DNA of 13,659 nucleotides from Candidatus Heimdallarchaeota archaeon. Lineage in GTDB: Archaea > Asgardarchaeota > Heimdallarchaeia > Heimdallarchaeales > Heimdallarchaeaceae. The DNA lies in assembly GCA_016839945.1 (NCBI GenBank), contig JAEOTE010000126.1, forward strand, positions 1 through 13,659, read 5' to 3'. Position 1 is the stretch's first letter, and each line of letters starts with the position of its first letter. Both the position numbers and the translations under genes were made by a program. Below the pieces are notes generated by a model. It did not search any database. It saw only the letters and a program-made list of their open reading frames with translations, and was not told the DNA's origin. This document shows, piece by piece, positions 7,202-13,659 of the stretch.

Positions 7202-8521
7202 ATATTTTGACAGCTTCTTTGATAAAGCAACAAGAGTTAAAATTGGTGGCATTCCTAATGGACTAGGAAAAGCACTTGCATCACTAACAAAGAGATTTGC
7301 GATTTCTGTTTCTTGATTTTTATCCAAAACCTTTCCAATAGGAGCTGTACAACATGGATGTCCTGATTCATATGAACCTCTTTTAATCGTCTCTGGATTT
7401 GCACCAGATGCAATAAGTATTTCTTTATTGATTTCATGAGCTTCATCTATTTTTTCCTTATCCTTTTTAGTTAATGATTTGATGATTGTGCCATCATTTC
7501 TCACTTCTCCAGTTATCTCATCACGTATCTTTGCCATCATACCAATCATTCTTTTAGCTTTCACTTTCCTAGTTTTTGCTAAAGCTCTGAGTTGGTTAAT
7601 CGTGTTCAACTTTACAGGTTTAAATCCAGTGATATCTTTAACGAGTGTCATAGTTGGATACATATATGGAGCTGGAAACAATTCCTTATCTTCTAAGAAA
7701 ACATCAAGATGAACTGCCATTGTATGTTCATTAGCCATACCAACATCCTTTGTATAACCAAATATTGGTTCAAAAACATCTGTTGCAAAACCTTTTCCTG
7801 CTTCGGATATACCTGAATTCTGCAAAATTATTGGAGTTCCCACTCCACCAGCAGATAAGATGATGTTTTTGCCTTCTATTGTATGTAAGCTACCATTTTT
7901 TTCAAACTGGATACCTTTAGCCTTACCGTTTTCTTTTATTACCTTTCTTACAGAACTATTAAGAGATAGATCTGCACCATTTGTTACTGCTTCCTCGATA
8001 AACTCCAAAGTAGTCCATTTTGCACCAGTTGGACACCCATACATGCAGTTGTTACATCCCACACATTTACTGAAATCTACACATTTTGGAGTAGGTTTCA
8101 TCTCCAATCCTAGAGATTTTGCACCTTCAATGACTCTTCTTGTTCCTTCACCTATTAGATGTTGAGGGAAGAAATTGACCCGTAAATCTTTTTTAGCAGA
8201 TTCCAGCTCGCTTGAGAGATTTATATCCCATTCTTTGAAAATTTTGTTTGGAGGAGTAGCAGCATTACCTTGCGCGATATAGGAGGATCCACCAAGTATT
8301 CTAGCTCTACCAATCCAAATTCCACCATCAGTTATCAAGAATTTTTTATTTTCGTCAATATACACTTTGGTTAGAAGTTTGTAAAATCCAGTCCCTGAGA
8401 ATTTTGGCCCATATTCAACAATAAGTGTCTTTTTACCAGATTTTGATAGTTCTTTTGCTATGGTTGCCCCTCCCGGTCCAGTTCCCACAACTATGTAGTC
8501 ATATATCTGTTTGTTAGACAT
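7184..8521 (-). CDS. GMC-family FAD oxidoreductase with a ferredoxin-like CxxCxxCxxxCP motif
   Basis: YDYIVVGTGPGGA, LGGSS, CVGCNNCMYGCPTGAK, IILSAGGVGTPIILQNSGI, C-terminal HPCCT...NLFVSDASAFP...PILT. RBS-like AAGGTG at 8530-8535. Confidence 0.9.
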   Translation of the reverse strand: MSNKQIYDYIVVGTGPGGATIAKELSKSGKKTLIVEYGPKFSGTGFYKLLTKVYIDENKKFLITDGGIWIGRARILGGSSYIAQGNAATPPNKIFKEWDINLSSELESAKKDLRVNFFPQHLIGEGTRRVIEGAKSLGLEMKPTPKCVDFSKCVGCNNCMYGCPTGAKWTTLEFIEEAVTNGADLSLNSSVRKVIKENGKAKGIQFEKNGSLHTIEGKNIILSAGGVGTPIILQNSGISEAGKGFATDVFEPIFGYTKDVGMANEHTMAVHLDVFLEDKELFPAPYMYPTMTLVKDITGFKPVKLNTINQLRALAKTRKVKAKRMIGMMAKIRDEITGEVRNDGTIIKSLTKKDKEKIDEAHEINKEILIASGANPETIKRGSYESGHPCCTAPIGKVLDKNQETEIANLFVSDASAFPSPLGMPPILTLVALSKKLSKYLIANS

Positions 8522-8562
8522 TACGTTAACACCTTACAACAAAAACAATATATTCTCAATTC

Positions 8563-8576
8563 TATTAAAAGTTCTG
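8563..8576 (-). promoter_or_regulatory. Putative BRE/TATA for the GMC (and AKR) transcript
   Basis: Minus strand reads CAGAAC-TTTTAATA about 41 nt upstream of the GMC ATG. Confidence 0.4.
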
Positions 8577-8603
8577 TAATTTTAGCAAGAACTAAGATAA
8601 TAT

Positions 8604-9389
8604 CTATATGGTAATACTTTCCATAGAATTATCAAAAATTGTGAGCTTAGATTGAATGTTTTTAGGAATATCTTTAGAAATTTTAGTCTTTTCTTCTGAT
8701 TCTAGATGCATTAAAACAATCTGTTCTGGTTTAATATACTTCTCAATTATCTCTTGACCCTTTGGATTTAGTATAAACCAATTAGAAAGAAAAGCTACAT
8801 CTATTTGATCGTCAATCATTTCTTTATATGGTTCTATGCTTTTTTTATCATCATTTGGAATTGAATCGCCAACATGAAGTATCTTTTTTTCGTCTATTTC
8901 AAGAAGAAACATTAGATGTTTTACAGTAGCATGTTTATTTACTTTATCTCCTGTAATTTCATTCATTTCTAGATATTCACTATGAGGTACTTGATAGATT
9001 TTAAGTTCGATTCCATCAATATTCATAGTTTCGCAAGTATATAATTTTGGTAAACAGCTGTTTATTTGTCCTTCAACAAGGTCATAGATTTCACTGAAAT
9101 GTTCTTGGAGTATATTTTGTATCTGGGGGGGAGCAACTAGTTTTGTTTTAGAGTTATTGCTTAGATGCAGAATTGTAGTATATGGGTCAAAATGATCATA
9201 GTGATGGTGTGTAAATAAAATGAGATCTATTTTGTCAAAAGGGGCCACTGCTTTTTGCATTTGTTCAAGTACATGGGGTTTTATTAGGTCGTAAGGCGGG
9301 TATTCTCCTCTATGAAGGGAATCAATCAAAACGGTTTTGTTCTCTGTTTTAAACATGAAACCTTCATTAGAGATGTAAGTTATTTCCAT
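8604..9389 (-). CDS. Metallo-beta-lactamase-fold hydrolase (UlaG-like group), substrate unknown
   Basis: MEITYISNEGF...VLID, THHHYDH (HxHxDH), VPH, HVGDS and C-terminal IKPEQIVLMH metal ligands. Confidence 0.88.
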   Translation of the reverse strand: MEITYISNEGFMFKTENKTVLIDSLHRGEYPPYDLIKPHVLEQMQKAVAPFDKIDLILFTHHHYDHFDPYTTILHLSNNSKTKLVAPPQIQNILQEHFSEIYDLVEGQINSCLPKLYTCETMNIDGIELKIYQVPHSEYLEMNEITGDKVNKHATVKHLMFLLEIDEKKILHVGDSIPNDDKKSIEPYKEMIDDQIDVAFLSNWFILNPKGQEIIEKYIKPEQIVLMHLESEEKTKISKDIPKNIQSKLTIFDNSMESITI

Positions 9390-9433
9390 TGATATTCATC
9401 TTTTTCCATGTATTTAAAAGAATATGCATCTAG

Positions 9434-9446
9434 TTTTAAATATAAA
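9434..9446. promoter_or_regulatory. Overlapping back-to-back TATA boxes between the divergent MBL and DinB genes
   Basis: TTTTAAATATAAA reads TTTAAATA on + and TTTATATT on -, near the middle of a 95-nt spacer. Confidence 0.45.
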
Positions 9447-9484
9447 TTGGATAACTAAAACTTATTGTTAGAAAGGTGAGTATA

Positions 9485-9988
9485 ATGAATGAAAAGGAAG
9501 AGAAACTAACCATTTCTAGAATCTTACTATACCAATTCCAAGATAAATGGCGAATATTAAAGCAAGCAATAGAAAAAATCCCAGAAGAAAAAATGCATAA
9601 TGGAAAAGGTGATTGGACTTACTCTTGGAACATTTATCACATTATTGAAACGGCTGATTTCTACATAAGAGATTCCCATGAAGACATGGTGTGGGGAAAA
9701 AGAGTAGGAGTTGACTGGGATAAAGATTCTAAAGAAAAAATCAATGAGAAGAAATCAGAAATCACTAAAGAGTTTCTTTTAAATTACTTAAAAGAAATTA
9801 ATAAGAAAATCACCGATGTTTTTACAGATTATAGTGATGAAGATCTAATGAAAAAGGATGGTTTTTATTGGTTTGATTCTATACTTGGTAAGCTTATTTA
9901 CCTCTTAAGACACAATCATCATCACATTGGTGAACTGGCACACTCATTAAGAGAATGGGAATGTGAACGAATAAAATGGGGAAGGTAA
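9485..9988 (+). CDS. DinB/YfiT-like four-helix-bundle metalloprotein
   Basis: WTYSWNIYHIIE and LLRHNHHHIGEL supply the H...HxxxH metal triad. Start ATG 9485 with GGTGA at 9475-9479; the track's GTG 9476 lies inside the RBS. Confidence 0.85.
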   Translation: MNEKEEKLTISRILLYQFQDKWRILKQAIEKIPEEKMHNGKGDWTYSWNIYHIIETADFYIRDSHEDMVWGKRVGVDWDKDSKEKINEKKSEITKEFLLNYLKEINKKITDVFTDYSDEDLMKKDGFYWFDSILGKLIYLLRHNHHHIGELAHSLREWECERIKWGR

Positions 9989-10117
9989 TTAGCTGAAAAT
10001 TGGTTAGATATTGATATCTTTAATTCAGTAATGGGGCGATTAAACAAGCAGAAGTTTACGGTTGCAACCGAATTTTGATATTGCAGCTATATGAACTTAT
10101 AACTACTCAAAGAAGAA

Positions 10118-11218
10118 ATGGAGTATAAAGAACAGATAGAGGTTTTACAAATTTTTGCAGTTGGGGCTGAATTTAAGATATGGATGAAATTATTAAGTGA
10201 AAACAAATTCAACATTTCACTTAAGAAACTTCCACAATTGTTTGCAATCACTTTTATGACTTTTATATTCTCACCATTAAATTTAGTTGAAAGCATCATT
10301 GCTTGGAGACGAATTAAGAGATATAAATTGAAAGAACAACCAATATTTATTCTAGGTCATTGGAGGAATGGAACAACCTTCCTTCATGAACTACTAGTCA
10401 GTGATCCTAGGTATGAGTTTATGACTCTGACTGAAAGTGTCTTTCCCAATTTATTCTTGTTCTTTTATAGTATCATTAGACGAATATTTGGTTTCTTCCT
10501 TCCAGAAACACGTCCTCAAGATAACCTCAAGATAAATTCTGAATTACCAAGTGAACATGATTTTGCTATGGCAAATTTAAACTCGATGTCACCCTATTCT
10601 GGTGCTTATTTTCCAAATAAACAAGACTATTATAACAGATATTTAACATTACAAGATGTATCGGAGAAAGAAATAGAAACCATGAAAAAAGACATGGATT
10701 ATCTTATAAAAAAACTATCAATAAGAAAGAAGAACAAGAGACTTGTAATGAAAAGTCCTCTGGATACTGCTAGAATAGATATTCTCCTAGACCTCTATCC
10801 TAATGCAAAATTTGTTCACATCAGTCGTGATCCATACAAAGTATTTTTCTCAACAAGAAGAATGTTTCAAACACTTATACCAATCATGCAACTACAGAAA
10901 AGTTATCCTGACTTAGATGAGTTTGTTTTCAGTAATTATGAGCGAATATATGAAAAATACTTTAGTGATGTTGATTTAATTCCTGAAGAGAATTTTGTTG
11001 ATATTAGATATGAAGACTTGAAACAAGATCCATTAAAGACAATGAAGATAATCTATGATGAACTAAGTTTAGAGGAGTATGAGCAAGCTGTTCCTAATAT
11101 GCAAAGACATCTAGATAAAAACAAGAATTTCAAGGTTAGCTCATACAATATCACTACTCAGGAAAAGAGTAAAATATATACCAGATGGAAAGAAGTTATT
11201 GATAAGATGGGGTATTAG
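10118..11218 (+). CDS. PAPS-dependent sulfotransferase
   Basis: PIFILGHWRNGTTFLHELL (5'-PSB loop), LVMKSP, LYPNAKFVHISRDPYKVFFS (3'-PB motif), IRYEDLKQDP. Confidence 0.9.
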   Translation: MEYKEQIEVLQIFAVGAEFKIWMKLLSENKFNISLKKLPQLFAITFMTFIFSPLNLVESIIAWRRIKRYKLKEQPIFILGHWRNGTTFLHELLVSDPRYEFMTLTESVFPNLFLFFYSIIRRIFGFFLPETRPQDNLKINSELPSEHDFAMANLNSMSPYSGAYFPNKQDYYNRYLTLQDVSEKEIETMKKDMDYLIKKLSIRKKNKRLVMKSPLDTARIDILLDLYPNAKFVHISRDPYKVFFSTRRMFQTLIPIMQLQKSYPDLDEFVFSNYERIYEKYFSDVDLIPEENFVDIRYEDLKQDPLKTMKIIYDELSLEEYEQAVPNMQRHLDKNKNFKVSSYNITTQEKSKIYTRWKEVIDKMGY

Positions 11219-11233
11219 TATACTTAATTTCCA

Positions 11234-11248
11234 TTTTTTGTGTTTTTT
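11234..11248 (+). terminator. Oligo-T terminator after the sulfotransferase
   Basis: TTTTTT-GTG-TTTTTT starts 15 nt after the stop codon. Confidence 0.55.
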
Positions 11249-11296
11249 CAGAAAAGAATAAATTATGTTAGAAATTAGCATTTATCGGGAATTAAT

Positions 11297-12685
11297 TTGT
11301 TAAGTCAAGAAATTTTCGAAAAAAGAAAGAAACAAATTTTAGAGGATTTGTTTGATTTCATTAGAATACCAAGTATAACAAGAGAAAAAAAAGATGTTAA
11401 AATTGCAGCACGTTGGATAATTGACCGTTTGAACAAAACTGTAGATTATGTTGAAATGATTGAAACTAAAGGAAATCCTGTAATAATTGCTGAATGGAAA
11501 CCTCAAGTAGAGAAAGATAAAAAAATCACAATCTTGTTCTATGGTCATTTTGATGTCCAGCCAGTAGAACCTTTGGACAAATGGATTTCTCCACCTTTTG
11601 AACCTGAAATTAGAGATGGAAGAATTTATGCGAGAGGCGTAGGAGATAATAAAGGACAACTTTTTGCTAATTTGTGTGCAATAGAATGTGTTCATGAAGC
11701 TAAGGAATTAGGTGTGGGAGTAAAGTTTGTTTTCGATGGTGAGGAAGAAACAGGTTCTCCATATCTTGATGATGCATTAAAAAGTAGAAGTGATTTCTTT
11801 CAAGATATAGATTTAGTTGTTATTTCTGATGGTCCAGCAGATCCCACATGGAAACCAACAATTGAGTTTGGTGCTAGAGGGATAATGACCATGAGAATAG
11901 AATTGGAATCATCAAATACAGATGCACACTCAGGTAATTTTGGAGGTATCCAGCCTAATCCAATTTGGGATTTGATTTCTATTCTTAAAACTATGCGAGA
12001 TGATAATGGAAAATGCCTTATTGAAGGATTCTATGATAATGTTTTTGAGCCAAGTGAAAGAGCATTAGAAGCTGCAGATAATCTAAACAGAGATCCTGAA
12101 GATTATAAGAAACAATTAGGAATTTCATATTTTGGAGGAGAACAAGATCAACCTATTGAGCATAGAAAAATCTTCCGTCCAACATTTAATATTAGAGGTA
12201 TACAATCTGGTGGAGTTCGTAAAGAAGCTAAAACAATAATCCCAAAAGAAGCTGTAGTTGATCTTGATATCCGTCTTGTTCCTAATCAGAAACCTGATGA
12301 AATAAAACACCTAGTTTTAAAACATCTTGATAAATTAAAACAACAATCCGAAAGAATGCGAAATGTACTTGAGAGATGTAAAGTAAGTTTTGAAGCTGCT
12401 TTCTATCCACTTTTCACACCTATTGAGCTTCCATGGACAGAAATCTTAGAGAAATCTGTTAGAGAAGGATTTGGTGAAGATCCATTAAAAGTTCCATTAG
12501 CAGGAGGAAGCTTACCTCTACAACCCCTATATGAGGTGACACAAAAACCTATTTACATTATACCTTATGCTCAGCCTGACGAAAACAATCATGCTCCTAA
12601 TGAGAATATGATGGTAGAATGGTTTGAGAATGGTATAAAAACAAGCATTATACTCTTGCAAAAACTTAAAGAGACGAACAGATAG
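11297..12685 (+). CDS. M20-family metallopeptidase, dipeptidase-like subgroup
   Basis: RIPS, YGHFDVQP, IYARGVGDNKG, GEEETGS, HSGNFGG and HAPNE motifs. TTG start with weak GGGA upstream, so the exact start is less certain. Confidence 0.92.
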   Translation: MLSQEIFEKRKKQILEDLFDFIRIPSITREKKDVKIAARWIIDRLNKTVDYVEMIETKGNPVIIAEWKPQVEKDKKITILFYGHFDVQPVEPLDKWISPPFEPEIRDGRIYARGVGDNKGQLFANLCAIECVHEAKELGVGVKFVFDGEEETGSPYLDDALKSRSDFFQDIDLVVISDGPADPTWKPTIEFGARGIMTMRIELESSNTDAHSGNFGGIQPNPIWDLISILKTMRDDNGKCLIEGFYDNVFEPSERALEAADNLNRDPEDYKKQLGISYFGGEQDQPIEHRKIFRPTFNIRGIQSGGVRKEAKTIIPKEAVVDLDIRLVPNQKPDEIKHLVLKHLDKLKQQSERMRNVLERCKVSFEAAFYPLFTPIELPWTEILEKSVREGFGEDPLKVPLAGGSLPLQPLYEVTQKPIYIIPYAQPDENNHAPNENMMVEWFENGIKTSIILLQKLKETNR

Positions 12686-12702
12686 ACTGTTTAGGCTCTA
12701 TC

Positions 12703-12710
12703 TTTAAATA
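12703..12710 (+). promoter_or_regulatory. TATA box for a probably leaderless transcript
   Basis: TTTAAATA ends 24 nt before ATG 12735, and no RBS is visible in between. Confidence 0.55.
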
Positions 12711-12734
12711 TGTAATCCCTCTAGTTTATGTTAT

Positions 12735-13659
12735 ATGTATGAGTTAGTGGGAAAGTGTGGATGCATTTGTGAGATATGTCCTTTATACAAAGAAAATCTA
12801 TTAACAGATGAAGATAAAAAGAATACTTCTATAGGCTGTGGGAAGTATCTTAATTGGAATCCTACTCCTGAAAAATTAAAACAATGTTGGGGATGTCAAT
12901 CAGATGAAGGATTCAAATATTTACCTAAATGCAATATGAGGATGTGTGCAACTCATAACAAAATTGAAAACTGTGCATACTGTTCTTCTTTTCCATGTGA
13001 AGATACACAGAAATTTAGCAGAGAATTAGTAGAAATGAGACTAGGAGAATCTGTGCCCGAAGAGGATTATCTTAAGTTCATTAAGCCATGGGAAGGAGCA
13101 AAGAATTTAGAAGAAATAAGGGATACACTTTCTAATCAAGATATTGTAGAAATGAAACCAAAATCAGCTAATCTTAGAATTGTTAAATTTCCAGAAGAAA
13201 TAAAAAAATCTAAGAAAGAAAAAGCAGCTTTTCGTACCTTACATGAAATTATTCAAAAAATTGAACCTTTGAAAGACTTATCTTATGCGAGACTTGAAGT
13301 CCGAAAAGAAGTAAGAAAATATCTAATCAAACTGCTTCAATCTTTTGGAACTAAAGGTGAACTTGTAAAAGACCAAGATAAAGAGTATCTTGAAATTAGT
13401 AGCGATGATTATTTTAAAGACCTGAAGGGTGTCAGATTTTATAGCAGTCTGGAAGGCGTAGGACATAGACTAGAGATTTTTGAGAATAATGGAATTAGTA
13501 TAGAAATTTTTCCAGAAAAGGGTCTTAATGACATTATAACACCAACAAAAGCTCTTAGGAAAAAGGGATGGAAGATGAGACTATCTTATGGGGAAGAAAA
13601 ACTTAAACTAACAAATGTTAAAGCTCTACAAGAGTATGCACAGAAATTGAATGAAGAAT
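12735..13659 (+). CDS. Cys-rich DUF3795-like protein with long C-terminal extension (3'-truncated by the window edge)
   Basis: Manually translated and open for 308 codons to the window end: MYELVGKCGCICEICPLY...CWGC...CNMRMCATHNKIENCAYCSSFPCED... The Cys spacing matches my recollection of DUF3795. Absent from the ORF track, presumably because it has no stop in the window. Confidence 0.85.
   Translation, partial: MYELVGKCGCICEICPLYKENLLTDEDKKNTSIGCGKYLNWNPTPEKLKQCWGCQSDEGFKYLPKCNMRMCATHNKIENCAYCSSFPCEDTQKFSRELVEMRLGESVPEEDYLKFIKPWEGAKNLEEIRDTLSNQDIVEMKPKSANLRIVKFPEEIKKSKKEKAAFRTLHEIIQKIEPLKDLSYARLEVRKEVRKYLIKLLQSFGTKGELVKDQDKEYLEISSDDYFKDLKGVRFYSSLEGVGHRLEIFENNGISIEIFPEKGLNDIITPTKALRKKGWKMRLSYGEEKLKLTNVKALQEYAQKLNEE

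Noticed and set aside
3907-8165. ORFs 3907-4143, 4390-4689, 7255-7446, 7479-7712 and 7860-8165
   Set aside because: They overlap well-supported genes and lack motifs or start signals.
11265-11303. 12-aa ORF MLEISIYRELIC overlapping the M20 TTG start, a possible frameshifted N-terminus
   Set aside because: The M20 N-terminus from TTG 11297 already has normal length before RIPS, and the short ORF has no RBS.
10087-12310. ORFs 10087-10299, 11339-11695 and 12125-12310 (all minus strand)
   Set aside because: Antisense shadows of the sulfotransferase and M20 genes.
1018-12685. Six genes end in TAG, raising possible pyrrolysine or other readthrough
   Set aside because: Each protein is complete at the TAG, and another in-frame stop follows within 2-15 codons. 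No internal TGA suggesting selenocysteine was seen either.
1-13659. CRISPR array, tRNA/rRNA, IS element, integrase or defence system
   Set aside because: No repeat-spacer periodicity, structured RNA gene, or transposase/recombinase/nuclease motif was found. All intergenic gaps are under 200 nt.

Overview
AT-rich prokaryotic window, most likely archaeal and possibly Asgard-like (inference from recurrent GGTGA ribosome-binding sites, BRE/TATA promoters, oligo-T terminators and a stand-alone TrpB2). It holds 14 supportable CDSs. In order: the 3' end of an ABC ATPase and its ABC-2 permease, thioredoxin reductase, a second convergent ABC-2 exporter (ATPase and permease), TrpB2, a PNPOx-like protein, an aldo/keto reductase, a GMC oxidoreductase with a CxxCxxCxxxCP motif, an MBL-fold hydrolase, a DinB protein, a PAPS-dependent sulfotransferase, an M20 peptidase, and a Cys-rich DUF3795-like protein that runs off the right edge and is missing from the ORF track. 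I found no RNA genes, CRISPR arrays, transposases or recombinases. The best leads are a run of small-molecule-modifying enzymes resembling a detoxification or tailoring pipeline, an 11-bp inverted repeat enclosing the TATA box between divergent genes, a TrxR with a degenerate NADPH site, and the extended DUF3795 protein. All are hypotheses from motif reading, not database searches.
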